From NCBI GenBank assembly GCA_047495785.1, contig JBLDXI010000066.1, forward strand, positions 310,001 to 374,000: DNA of 64,000 nt, written 5' to 3'. The notes under the pieces are model-generated. The model was not told the DNA's origin. It did not search any database and worked only from the letters and a program-made list of their open reading frames with translations. How positions within the stretch are numbered: position 1 is the stretch's first letter; each line of letters begins with the position of its first letter. The translations under genes were made by a program, and so were the position numbers. Origin of the DNA: Lepidodermella squamata (taxonomy: Eukaryota > Animalia > Gastrotricha). Of this stretch, positions 48,843 through 61,124 are shown one piece after another.

Positions 48843-51228
48843 ATGAAGCCGAGAAAAGCTGCTGCAAAATCAGCCAAGCCTAAACAGGCAAGCAGCAGCA
48901 AATTGAACACAGGCAATAGCGATGGAGGAGAAATATTTTCGGTAATCAATGTTCAATTTTCACTTTTCACTAAATTGTTCAATTCCAACGTCAATTTCAA
49001 TTTTTGATTATTTAATTTTAAATTATTTTCAATTTCAGGAATTTTTAATTATGATCTATTGTAATTTAATTTATCTCAATTTATAATCAATTTTTCTGAT
49101 AATTTATCTTATTTATCATAATTTAATAATGATAATTTTGAATCTTTATTTTTTTCAGATTTTCACCTGCCCTATATGCCTCGGTTATCTTGACGAACCG
49201 CGAGTTCTAACCGGATGCGGCCATTCGTTTTGCACATCATGCCTGAAAGCCCTAGGCACCGAAGGGTTCTCACCTGTCACCCGGGTGACCACGTGCCCAG
49301 AGTGCCGTGACCCCACGGATATGCGGGGCCGTGATTACCGCCGCATGCCACTCAATCGCTGCGTGAAAGAGGCCATTTCAACGCTGAAAGATTACCAAGA
49401 ATCGCTAACTCCAGCAGCAAAATCGATCAAATCGTCGGCTTCGGCGTCGAAAATCGTGGATAAAATCGCGGGTGAAGAGCTGAAATGTGGCCATATTCCG
49501 TTTGTCATTGCGAGTGGCGACGAGTGCGGCCATTGCGGGCGCGAAATTTGCATCCATTGCCAGGCCGGTCACATCGAAATGCTCAAAATTGAAGTCAATC
49601 TCATGGCCAGCGGTGTAATTTATTCAACTTAATTTTTAAGAATGATTCTATCCATTTTTTCATTCAAAAAAATTCTTGAAATTTTTACATTATATTTTTT
49701 GCGATTTTTTCATTTGAAATTGCAAATTTTCAGAAAAATATTTGAATAATCAGGAAATTTCTGTGCCTAAAAAAAAATGAAGAATTTCAATTATTTTATA
49801 GAGCAGTGAATTATCGATAATTTGAAATTTATCCAAAAAATTTATATTTTCCTTTCAATTCAATTTTTAATTTTTAAAATTTTCAGAAACTCTCTTTTAA
49901 CTGTGTTGAAAAGCCCTTTTTCAAATTTAGTTTCGCGCTCGGGCGTCTAAAGTTGCTGAAAGTTTCAAAACCGACCTTGATGAGGTCAAATCTCACCTGG
50001 CTGATCAATTGTCCGAAATTAGGTCATCGATCGAAGGCCTCGACGATAGCATTAAGGCGGCTGCTGAGCAGCAGGCTGCTGAATTTTACGAAAAATACGT
50101 GAAAATCGTCGAAAATCTCGGTTGCTGGTTCGAACCTTGGCTGGAAAAAATCGACGAGACGGAGAAAAAGGCCGAGGAATATCGCAAAATGCCTTGCATT
50201 TTCATTTCCCTTGAAAATATGGCTAAATGCCATGCGGAATTTGCGAGTTATGATTTTCAGGTAATTTTCTGATATTTTCCGCAATTTTTCCTGAATTTCC
50301 TAGATTTTAGTTATGGCAACTGGAGCATTTAAAGGACAGCTTTTTATCAATTCAAATGAAATTCAGTGGAGCTTCGAAAGTTCAAAGTTCTCGACAATCG
50401 AAGGTTCGCCGAGCTGAAAATGAACCTTTGATTCGAATCACCCAAAGTGACGAATATTCCGCCATTTTCGAGCCACTGAAACCTTACATCCCAACTGCTT
50501 AGTGGAACCATCGAATCCACAAAATCGCTATTGGTTGACTAAAAATGTTTGAAGGACGCGATTGGTTAGATTTTCCGGCATCTTAGCGTGTTATTTCTTG
50601 AACAGAAAGAAAATCCTGAATTTCCCGGGTTCGATTCGCGGTGGCCGAGCATCATTTTTTCTGAGAGTTTTTCACTTTTCAAGAAATAACATGCCAAGAT
50701 GCCGGAAAATCTAACCAATCGCGTCCTTCAACCATTTTTAGTCCAACCAATAGCGATTTTGTGGATTCGATGGTTCCACTAAGTGATTTCGAACTGTTAG
50801 CTGAAGCTGCGAAAAATTCGGATTTTTCGATTTTAAATTCGATTCTTACTCGCAATGGATTGTCACGTGGGACGAAAAAATTGGTTGTTAATCGGCAATT
50901 TTCGCCGAATAGCCAAACTTTGGCCATGTTTGCAGTTTCAAGCAACAAATTAGCCGGCCGTTTTGACTGTTTGAAACTGTTAACTGAAGCTGGGGCTGAT
51001 TTGGAACTCAAGGATTCGGAATCGAAAACAATTTTACACCATGCTGTTACTGCAAAAGGAGCCGAGTTGTCACTTGTTAAATTTCTGTTTGAAAAATTTC
51101 CGAATTTGAAGAAATCGATCGATGCGGACCTGATTGATTTAGCAAAATCTGCGAATTATACCGCGATTTCTGATCATTTCCACGAAATTTCGATTGGAAA
51201 TATTTCTCTTGTTCGAAAGAAGAAATAA
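48843..51228 (+). CDS. TRIM-like RING-HC / B-box-like / coiled-coil / short ankyrin protein (gene A); exons 48843..48941, 49159..49614, 49931..50260, 50311..?, ?..51228; possibly disrupted
   Basis: MKPRKAAAK..EIFS|IFTCPICLGYLDEPRVLTGCGHSFCTSC..CPECR; CGH..CGHCGREICIHCQAGH; ankyrin-like LKLLTEAGADLELKDSESKTILHHAV. The first three introns are clean phase-0 GT-AG. The region 50498..50680 holds an inverted duplication with an in-frame TAG, so the junction there is unresolved. Confidence 0.65.
50498..50783. repeat. Inverted duplication, arms 50498..50602 and 50678..50783
   Basis: Arms of 105 and 106 bp are reverse-complementary with 3 mismatches and 1 indel; 75-bp spacer. Confidence 0.92.
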
Positions 51229-51285
51229 AGTTGTTTCGGTTCTTGATTTTTCCCGATTTTTTTTTAATTATAGGAATTAATTTAA

Positions 51286-54200
51286 ATGAAAAATTCCTAT
51301 TCAACGTCAAATCGATTACAGGCTGGGACCTTCAAAAAGGTACTAACGGTGATTTTTTCCTGATTTTTGCGATGAATCACCATTGGGAAACCAAACATTT
51401 TCGAAATTTCAGATTTAACCTACAGTGTGTCCGTCAAATAATATGAGCCTATATATAGCATTTTAATTGCGCCTGTTCACGAGTCGTGCACGAGGCAAAA
51501 AAAACGCAGCACTGAATGATAGTACAGCTATTGTTGTTCATTGCTGGAAAAATATCAATTATTGCTCCGCCAAAATTTGTATTATTTAATCAAGATAAAG
51601 AACATTCTTCGGAACGAAAGCATTAGCTTCGGGATTTTCACCTGCAAGCTTTGTACATTGCTAAAGTTTTGGGGACAACGAGTTGCCCTGAATATTCATG
51701 CAATAAGATCAAACGCGCAACAATGTCAACCTAATATCTGGAAAAAATATAACCATTTAAATAGCAAATTTTCTTATCCAATTCAGTTAAAACTGTTTGT
51801 ACTAGCCATTGGACGTATTCTTGCGGGTATGTGAAATTCACGTATATAACGGTTAGCCGATAGCGCCCCGGATGCTACACAAATTGGCGAAAGCGACATT
51901 ACCCCTTTATTTCAAAACGCGGAACTCATTTCAAACAGATTACCAGGTCGTAATGGAAACTGCTTAGGTTGCTTTCATTGCATTTGTTGCATTTGTTGCT
52001 TTTGTTGCATTTTATGCTTCAACGGCAGTTATTAAATTAGACATGTAAGATTACGAAAAAATTTAGAAAATGTCCCGCGGCTGTTGAAGACCCAAGTCGA
52101 TGGGCAAGTCGATGTAAGCGAAAAAGGGGAAACCCGATTCCAAAAAAGCGGTTTGTAAAACTGGCCATGGCCGAATTCAAAATGGCCCTTGCAAAACAAA
52201 AAACTGAAACGGCTCAGGGAGAAGATGGTGATGACGGAGATGAACCTGATAATTAAGATAATTTTTAAAGGCGCGGCTCGTTAAGAGGAAAATATTAGCA
52301 TTCCTGATGGTCAGAACATCACCTTCTCTATCACCTGAAAGAATTAAGACGAAGAAAGTTTAATCATCAACACTAGCTGATGCATACAAATTTTAACTAG
52401 CAGTAGTAAATAAAGCTTTCGATTTCATTGACGTATTATTTTTTGCATCTCATGAAAAAAATGAGACGCCAGATCTGGCACGCGCCACGCTTGCTGTTGC
52501 TTTTGGACTATAAATAGCCTCATATTATTTGACGGACACACTGTAGTTTCGGACATGAGGAAATTGCATTTCCTAATTAGGGGCCTTTGATGATTCATCA
52601 GACGATTTTTATGGGTTTTCATCTTGTTATTAAAATTTTCGAATTTTTACGTCCAGCTGGTAAATTGTCCGGTTTGCTTGAACTTGCCGAAAGATCCTCG
52701 AATCCTGCCGAAATGTGGCCATACCCTATGTCTGGACTGCATCCATACAAGCATGCCGGAAATCAATCAGCGCCACCGCATCACTCAGTACCAATTCAAA
52801 TGCCCGATTTGCAAGGCTGAAAATGTGATCGAAGGCCGGCGTTTCCATCAGCACCGCGGCTTGCAAGATTATCCGAAGAATTTCCTCGCAAAATCAGTTG
52901 GCCAATTGTTGGAGAAAGCGCGCGATGCGGTTGAAGAGAGCGTGATCACTGGAGCGTGTCCGCATGTGCCGTACTTCGAGAAGAAAGGCACCAATTGCGA
53001 GCACTGTTCGAGGCCTTACTGCGACACTTGTCAAATCGGCCACAAAGAAATCGTCCGGCTGGATATCAACTGCATTACGCAGGGCGTAAGTTTTTTGAAA
53101 CATTAAGGTGGAAAACAAAATGAAGCTTTGCGGTAAATTATCACAAATTTGGGAGATTACGCACGAAAAATAAAAATTCTGATTTTCATAAATTAATTTT
53201 TTGTTAATTAAAAAATCACAAAATTACCAAATTTAAATATAAATTTAAAATTTAAAATGTTTTATATTTATTTTAAGATAATTAAAAATTGGAAAATTCA
53301 AATTTTTCGAAAATGGAAACTTAGTTATACATATTTCTAATGCAAACGATTCCTGTCATAGCTATCTTCGCGATTATCCGGAATCGATCAGGAATTCGAT
53401 TCGAAAATCGAAGGTGTCAGAACCCACCTTTCGAACCAATTGAAAGAAGCTGAAAGACAAGCTCGGAAATTCACTGAATTGCTGCTTCAAGCCTTCAAAT
53501 CGATTGTCGAAACCAATCTCGATCGCCTGATTGAAGAAGGCCGTGCTCTTCACAATGTTCAACTAGAAAAGCTGGAAAAAGCCGCTGCTGATTGTCGAAA
53601 TCAACCGGAATTCGGTTCTTTACTCGCGAAGGTCGAAGAATTGAACGACGATTCTGTCTTGAATTTGTCGCTTTCCGAACTGGGCAAAATTTACGCTGAA
53701 GCTAAAACCATCGACGACCACGTGAGTTATGAGTTATCAACAATTATATCTACCTAAAATTCTAGAATTTGTTCGAATTTTAAGCTGATTTCTTGATTTT
53801 AGCTTCGAAAAAGTGAAGTAATCGCGCCTTCATGGTCGAAGCGATCTATCACAGTCGAATTCGACGACGATCTTCAAAAACAACTGGAGTCTATTGTGAA
53901 AAAGTCTTCCAAGGTTCAACTGAAAGATTCGAGCGCGACCGAATTTGCCAATCTACCCTACCTGATTCACGACGTCCACGCTTCGGCAGTCAATGGCGAT
54001 CTTAGCCAGTTGAAAAAATTGATCGAGCAACCTTTCGTGAGCCGCGAAGTTCGGCAATATTTGTCAAGGCATCGTCTCGAGTCGCATCACGGCTTGCAGC
54101 AACGAACAATCTTGATGTCTGCTTGCCAATCGGGGGATTTGGACTTGGCGAGGTACATTGTTGAAGTATTAGGGGCGGATCTTCGAATGGGTTCGAAAAA

Positions 54201-55600
54201 CAATGCTATGGCGATTCACCTAGCGGCAGCGAACGGCCGAATCGGCGTTGTCAAGTACCTGATTTCGAAGGTTCCAGCTGGCCAAGATCCTGTCAGCTTC
54301 TATCCGGGTCAGTTCAATTCTTTTTCAATTTTATTTTCAATTTTCTGTTTCTTTAAGGCTTGTTACATGTTGCGACTGCATCTGGGAAGTTGGATGTTGT
54401 AGCATATCTCATCGATGAAGTAAAATGGCCTGTTAACGATCCTAAACCAATGCGAGGCTCGGATGCTACGCCTCTCTACAAGCTATGCCGATTCAACACT
54501 GGCAAAGTCGAAGTGGCCGAATTTCTGCTGCAAAGAGGCGCTGATGTTCTCGCAAAATCTGGCGAAAACTTGGAGCTGGCAACCCACGCAGCTGCAGCGA
54601 CAGGGGCTTGGAAAATCTTCAAGCTGGTCGCGGAAAAATTTCCGCCTGAAAAACGGGTTGACCTGCTGAATTCTGAGAATAAATCTGGCCTGAACGCCCT
54701 GCATATTTGCACGGCATATTTTGCAGCGGATCGTTATTACACGAGAGCAGATCAAGCGGAACTCGGAATCACTGATGCAGAAATCGAAAGCGATGACTAC
54801 AACCCACCTGAGTTTGTCGAGAAATCGCGCGATGTTGCCTTGCTACAACTTCGGGTTCAGTACGGCCAGACGAAGATCGCCGAGTTTTTGATTCAGCTGG
54901 GCGCTGATTACAACGCTATGGTTGAACGGAACGGTTACGCCCCGGTGCATTTGGCGGCTGGTCGCGGTCATATTGGCGTGTTACGAGCGATCCTACGCAA
55001 ACATCCGCATCTTGCGACGGATATTTCCTATGGCGATGATGAGAGGCGGCCGTTGGATATCGCGACTGATATAAACAACCCGCATTATAATGGAGAGGTA
55101 AGAGCAACACTACTACCTGAAACAAAAGCTGAAGCTATATCTTTTGCATTAAGGTGGTTCGCTGTTTGGTTGGTGAGTATGACTCGAATCTTCGGCTCGC
55201 TAGTTCAAGCGGCGGCGAAGGTACCCTGCTCGACGTTGCTCATCACGGCGATGCCGAAACCCTGCGGTATCTCATCGACGAGCAAATGGGAGATGTTACC
55301 GACTACGACCCACGCTCTGGCACTAACCTAATCCACACAGCTGTCAATTCCCACGATTTGGCAACTGTTAAAGTTGCTGTTGAGCGAGCTGCTAGAATCA
55401 TCAATCGGACGAGTGAAGACGGCTCCCCTTTACGGCTAGCCATCGAAGATAAAGCGCCGATCGAGATCATTAAGCTACTTCTGGATAACGGAGCCAAGTT
55501 TGATGAAAGTTTGTCTGATGATGATGACGAGATCATTCTGGGCGGGTCTGACAGCTCTGACAACATGAGTATTGATTCCATGTTATTTGGTGCTATATGA
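51286..55600 (+). CDS. TRIM-like RING-HC / B-box-like / coiled-coil / ankyrin-repeat protein, copy B2 (about 844 aa); exons 51286..51339, 52657..53085, 53362..53721, 53803..54307, 54358..55097, 55154..55600
   Basis: Paralog of 22634..29090 with the same intron positions and phases; spliced length 2535 nt; AATAAA at about 55619. Confidence 0.88.
51423..52543. mobile_element. Tc1/mariner-type non-autonomous element (1121 bp) in intron 1 of B2
   Basis: Perfect 25-bp TIR CAGTGTGTCCGTCAAATAATATGAG, TA on both sides; the matching B1 intron is only 57 bp. Confidence 0.9.
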
Positions 55601-55808
55601 ATGCCCTCTTCTTCGAAAAATAAAATTGAATCGATGTTTTGTCTTGAGTTGCCTCCTCAATGCTAAGAAAAGCTCGGGACCTATCAAGAGTTAGACCTTA
55701 CGCAACAACCGAATCGGAATAAAGTCTACCATTCAAGTCCAAATTCAAGTTTAATCAAATCAAGAAAGATTTTCTATTAACTATTCCTGGCTTCGTTTTC
55801 ATTCATTG

Positions 55809-56643
55809 TCATCCTTGACAATCGTAAACAGCGATTTTGTATAATTCAACGTTGCCAGCCAGATCCGGCGTGTGACGACCAGCGATTCCAAGATAGATTT
55901 CATCTGTTTCGTCCTCGAAAAATGGTAAAATGGCTTCATTTATGAAAGGCCCAATGCAAATTCCATCTTGAAGGCATGATGATATCGAAATTGTCCGCCC
56001 ATTTTCAACACGAATCTGATACTTCACAACAGTGTCAAAGGTCCATAGATCGACATTCTGGCAAATCAGGAGATTAGGAATGCTCGAGCAGTTATCCAAG
56101 CCTTGAAAGAAGCTGAATGGGATCAGATCGATAGAAGCTATATAAGCGTTGTAGTAAGGGCTGAACAGAACGCTGAAGCCACGAAATGCTGGGTAATTCA
56201 TTCCGTAGTAAAGCCAGTCTGGCCAATAGCTCTCTGAAATTTGCAAAAATCAACTGATTTTGATGTTGGAACCTTAAAAGCAACTCACTTTGATGCAATT
56301 CATCCTGTGTTGTGCCATCGTTTCCAATGGCCAACATGAAGCCATGCGAAAGCTGGCCGTCCACCATGTCCACTGAAACTTCAATCAGGAAGTTCTTCAG
56401 GTCGAACTCTACAACATTCCACAAAGTATTAGCTCCATATGCTGAAGACTTTGAAGCTAGACGAACGGCAGTTGGCGTGTTATCCGGTACATCCAAAGTT
56501 TTGTGAGGCTCGTAGGTCCAATTTGAGGATAAATCCGCCGGACCCTCAAATGAGTACTCTCGAACGTAATGTCCGCATTTTGAAATTACGGAAGCTCCTA
56601 GTAAAAGTGGCTGCAGGAGGGCTGGTAGAATGAATAAGTACAT
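55809..56643 (-). CDS. Secreted protein, probable L-type (legume/ConA-like) lectin fold, 259 aa; exons 56643..56289, 56233..55809
   Basis: Signal-peptide-like MYLFILPALLQPLLLG. A 55-nt phase-1 intron gtgagt..tttcag (56288..56234) joins the two overlapping ORFs in frame (780 nt). VRLAS..GANTLWN..FLIEVSVDM..HGFMLAI and C-terminal IYLGIAG resemble L-type lectin strand patterns; the fold call is by eye. Confidence 0.62.
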
Positions 56644-57288
56644 TTCAATTGTAGCCTCATTCGCTCTTCAAAACGCTCTTCAAAACGGGAACCATCCAAA
56701 CATTTTAAGGTGGAATTTTTTATTTGTTCACCATATTACCAGTAATCTTACAACCGAGCCTGATGTAGTCTTGTTAGACATGCCTCGATCAGGGCCACGG
56801 GTCAAGGATTCCCACCATTCTGAACGCTTTCCACCATCGTGGCGATTTTTCATTCCAAAATATAATTCTTTCTCCCGAGAAACCCATATTCATTCGATAG
56901 AGAATCATTTTAATTTCATTTAGATACAAAAACCGCCGCGATATTCGAAATTAGCCCTTTGGCATCAGCATGCGCGGCCTAAATTGTGTTTCAAATGTTG
57001 ATTTGGCGTTTTGCGTAAAAGGTAAAAGTTTAATTTGACCCTGCATTCTTGCAGCCAACGCTTGCGGGCCGGGCGGAACCAATACAAGCCCGGAATTGAG
57101 CTTTTTAACAGGTACTGTGTATCAGTTGAAACTCACTCCGAGATACCCAAACACGCGAGTATGTAGCGAGAGATCGCAATCTCTGGGTAAACACATCCTC
57201 GTAAAAGCTAAACATTTATTTTTAAATCGATACTTTCGATATCATAATATCCCCTAGCAAATTTCATAGTCAAAAATTTAGACTTGAA

Positions 57289-58473
57289 ATGAACTACAAG
57301 ATATCTTTATGCGTCCTGCTCATGTTAGCTAAGCTCGCGTTGATAGAAGCAGTTTCATCCGCTGCTGGCAGGTTACAGGCGAGATTTGCCGAATATTGCC
57401 CGGCCTTACTGTCGATGTGCCTACCTACGGATCAAGCACTTAGTCCCAACAGCAGCCGCCCGGTTCTCGTTAACGTCACAATGGCCCTCCTCCGTTTTGT
57501 CGGAATAGACGACGTGGATCAAAAGCTGTCCTTACTAGCGTATATGTCCATGTATTGGGATCTCCCATGCAAAGCTCCGAAATGCACGGATTTACTATCC
57601 GAAACTGAGTGTAAGATGGTATCCAATCCTGAAGAGCTTTTCTTTGTCGTCCCAGGGTCGGATATTTGGACGCCAGGAATCGCTCATTTCACTGCTTACC
57701 AGTCGCCTGTTTTGGGTCGCAAAATGAGTGAACACGTCTGGATCTATCCATTTTACAATTCCAATGCGTTAAATTATGTTGTCTACGACCGATTTGATGT
57801 ATTCTGCACTTCCTTCAGCTACAGCAAATTCCCATTCGATACACAATCCTGCTCCATGGTTTTCGAATCCGCTGATTTCACCAGCGACGTCAAGTTCCAT
57901 CTCGATTCATTTGAAATCGATCTATCAGCTCGGGATGCTTTCATCATGGCCACTGATATATGGTCGCTTGTCGAGCCACTCGACTACACCAGCTATCCAT
58001 CGTTACAGGCGAAAGGCTCATATAGCGTTAACCGAATGAACATGACGATGCGATTTCGAAGAAAAAGTGTCTATTACATCTGCAACATCTTCGTCCCAAC
58101 AATCACACTTTTCTTCCTTCAAGTTGTCTCTCTAATTGCAGAGCCCGTTAACAGGGACCAATGCGCATTTTGCGTCACTGTGGTTTTGTCATACGTTGTG
58201 TTTCTCACGTTGATTTTTGGCATGGTGCCAACAACTTCAGACCACGTCTACCTTGTTTACATGGTCGCGACTAAATTCATCGTGGCAGTCCTAATAACGG
58301 CCTATACCTGCTTGAGTCCTAGTGTTCCTGGGTCACTGAAAAATCGGGCTGTTAAATTACACAAATCTCTGGCCATGCCCATGCATCGTTTCCTGGACCT
58401 GGTGATTGCTGTGGCAGCAAGCGCGATTGTAATAATTATCGATACAGTTCTTTTCTCGCTGATGTTAGGCTGA
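57289..58473 (+). CDS. Intronless divergent Cys-loop ligand-gated ion channel subunit without LamG domains
   Basis: Signal peptide; PVLVNVTM..FVGIDDVDQKL..YW; IWTP; Cys-loop CTSFSYSKFPFDTQSC; FRRKSVYYICNIFVP pre-M1; four TM segments; short M3-M4 loop. Confidence 0.9.
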   Translation: MNYKISLCVLLMLAKLALIEAVSSAAGRLQARFAEYCPALLSMCLPTDQALSPNSSRPVLVNVTMALLRFVGIDDVDQKLSLLAYMSMYWDLPCKAPKCTDLLSETECKMVSNPEELFFVVPGSDIWTPGIAHFTAYQSPVLGRKMSEHVWIYPFYNSNALNYVVYDRFDVFCTSFSYSKFPFDTQSCSMVFESADFTSDVKFHLDSFEIDLSARDAFIMATDIWSLVEPLDYTSYPSLQAKGSYSVNRMNMTMRFRRKSVYYICNIFVPTITLFFLQVVSLIAEPVNRDQCAFCVTVVLSYVVFLTLIFGMVPTTSDHVYLVYMVATKFIVAVLITAYTCLSPSVPGSLKNRAVKLHKSLAMPMHRFLDLVIAVAASAIVIIIDTVLFSLMLG

Positions 58474-59601
58474 ATGCTGTTTTTCGTTTCGCTTCCTGGT
58501 CGCAACAAGCTGTCCTATCGATAGTCCATCTCGAAATCGAAGTGCTGTAGTGATGTATTTTCAAAATACGGCTTTTCCAATAAAACATAGCTCGGTTTTA
58601 CTTTGTTAGATTCCAAATGCATGTCCCAAGTCCCAAGTGCGCTGATTGATGAGCTGAGTTACTCTGAAATGCAGCAGTAGGGCTTCGGGTAACATTCTTA
58701 GCCTCGAACTCTATAGCCTTTTGGAGGTGCTTTTGAGCTTTGATTAAATCAGAAAAGCTGACTGAGATCTAGTTTCTGGGCTGCTTTTCGCTCCGAACTT
58801 CTTGCTGGGCAGCTAAGAAAACAATGTGTTAGCTGTGTGTTGTACTGCAGCCCGCTAATGCTTCCATTGTTCTACGTCGTTAGGCTGGATAAATGGGTGT
58901 ATTGTTCATTGAGAACACTAGCGCTCTCCTATGTGGGTTTTGCATATGTTATACGCCTATAGCCTATAGCGGATTTAAGCCTTTAGGATAAGAGGAATGA
59001 GTTATGATCATTATATTTCACCGAGATAATGGCCCAATCGTGAGGGTCACTGTGGATTATTATGCATCGATCGATTGCTGTAAGCAAGGGCTATCGATTG
59101 GTGTCCGATCGAATTCCGCCGGGAACTTTTGGGAGAATGATTTTTGCGCAATCTTCACGTTGTCTGGCCAAAATGTGACCCTGAAAAGGCCGTTTGGACT
59201 TCGATTGGATGCCTATCAATCGCCCTTCATTACAGCAATCGATCGATATTTAATGATCTCACGATTCGGCCACTGGCCACTATGGCAATATATCAGGTAA
59301 CTTGAACGGGGGAAAATATCTACCCATTTTAATCTATGCATATTGCAACCTTATGAAGTTAGATTATTGATTTTACCTGCAATTGAGTCATGTTGAGTAT
59401 CCATCATTCTTACAACACATACCCCTGTTATTTGATATGACAGCCGCATCGTAAATTTATAAGCCTAACAATGCGTATCGATTTACACTTGCTGATTACT
59501 ACGTCCAAAAAAGAATAGGATTCTTATCAAAGTCTCAAGTACGCATGGCATGCCGTGCTTTGCCTCTCGCCCCTTCGCAGTAGCCAGTGAATAAGGACGA
59601 A

Positions 59602-60705
59602 ATGCAGGTGCATCGCACCTCGAAATGGGCCCTGCTTGTTGGTGCTGTGCTCGGGGCTGTTGTTATAACAATCCTCCAAGCAATCAACATGTTATCAATA
59701 CCACTACCGGTTTGCACTTTCAACTACGGAGAAAGTTACGCTCAGACCCCAAACAGCACTACGGCCACTGAAACAAGTCCAGAAAAAGCGAAGGTTAGTC
59801 CAACAGCTAAGACGGTGGATGGCGATATTACCTTCGAAGAATTGGACAAGGCGATGGATGCAGTTGCTGCAAAATTTAAAAATCTGAAGATGATACCAAA
59901 AATCTTGCATCAAACCTGGAAAACTTCGAAACCACCTCCGAAATATGCGGCTTATCGAAGAGCTTGGTTGAGCCTACATCCCGATTGGACCCATCACCTG
60001 TGGACTGATGAAGAGAACCGGGCCTTGGTTGCGAAGTACTATCCATGGTTTCTCGATACCTACGACGCTTTTCCGGTTGGAGTGATGCGTTCCGACGTGA
60101 TTCGTTACATCCTGATGCATCGATACGGAGGGATGTATGCCGATCTGGACGTTGAGCCACTTCGTAAACTCGATTTTCTGTTTGAAAACGAGACTCAGCC
60201 TGTGATCTTAGGTTACATGGAGTGCAGCGAGAGTCGTCACAATATCCCGCCAGCCTGGTTTATGTCTCGACCTGGGCATCAATTGTGGCTACTGGCGCTG
60301 ATGAGGTCGCAGGATGCCACAACAAAATACCAGAGAAATGTTAGGCCGGAGTACATTACTGGACCAGTTGTGCTCTACAAATCGCTTGAGAGCTACATCA
60401 ATTTGAAACCTGATACCCTAGGCAAACCGATGGATGGTAAACCTCAAAAGTGCTCGCCAGTGATAGGTGATATAAGAATCCTCGAGCCAGGTCTGATTTA
60501 TCCTTACCACTGGAAAATGGCTGGAACTCCGATTGGGAAAGTATGTTTTGGCCGGTCGAGTGAGCAGAATGAAGTTGAGTGCAAAAAGAACTTCCCGAAT
60601 GCCTATACAATCCAGTACAGTGGCTATTCTTGGCAAAGTGATTGGAATGGGTTCTTGGCCAAGGCGAAGTTGAGTGAAGGCGCCATACCCAGCGACGGCC
60701 ACTAA
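59602..60705 (+). CDS. GT32 (DXD, Gly_transf_sug) glycosyltransferase, type II membrane, copy 1
   Basis: N-terminal hydrophobic anchor, T/S/P-rich stem, IPKILHQTWK, LWTDEENR, RSDVIRYILMHRYGGMYADLDVE. First ATG is at 59602 (the ORF track starts at a GTG). Confidence 0.9.
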   Translation: MQVHRTSKWALLVGAVLGAVVITILQAINMLSIPLPVCTFNYGESYAQTPNSTTATETSPEKAKVSPTAKTVDGDITFEELDKAMDAVAAKFKNLKMIPKILHQTWKTSKPPPKYAAYRRAWLSLHPDWTHHLWTDEENRALVAKYYPWFLDTYDAFPVGVMRSDVIRYILMHRYGGMYADLDVEPLRKLDFLFENETQPVILGYMECSESRHNIPPAWFMSRPGHQLWLLALMRSQDATTKYQRNVRPEYITGPVVLYKSLESYINLKPDTLGKPMDGKPQKCSPVIGDIRILEPGLIYPYHWKMAGTPIGKVCFGRSSEQNEVECKKNFPNAYTIQYSGYSWQSDWNGFLAKAKLSEGAIPSDGH

Positions 60706-61124
60706 TAAATCTGTGATATATACATAGACGTAGCATTGAAAATAACTGTTTCCCTCATTTAGATTACATGCATATGAAATAAACTCGTCTTTTCATTCCT
60801 TTTTTCTGCGAATGAAACATGTTGCAATGTGTCGGTTCGCGCCTTTCGGAAATTCGCGTGTAGATGAGTTTAGTAAGGATGCCACATCCTTGCCCTTAGT
60901 GGTACTTCTCTATACTAATAATTGGATCTATTTAAATCACAGATATCGATGCGATGAATTATGCATGAAGCTTGAATGTTACGGTCCTATTGTTTTGCTA
61001 TCTACAAAGATAAATAGGTATTGATTTCAAAATCTAAACGAACGGTTAGTAGTGTTGAGTAAAGGAACCGTTTCTAGCTCAATCGAACCGTAAGATAAGT
61101 ATACCTCCAACTTTCATAATTAGG

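Noticed and set aside
50620-50651. tRNA gene (GGGTTCGATTC T-arm-like motif)
   Set aside because: No acceptor stem, D-arm or anticodon arm can be built; at most a fragment.
56092-56246. Programmed frameshift between the two overlapping minus-strand ORFs
   Set aside because: A 55-nt gtgagt..tttcag intron explains the frame change.
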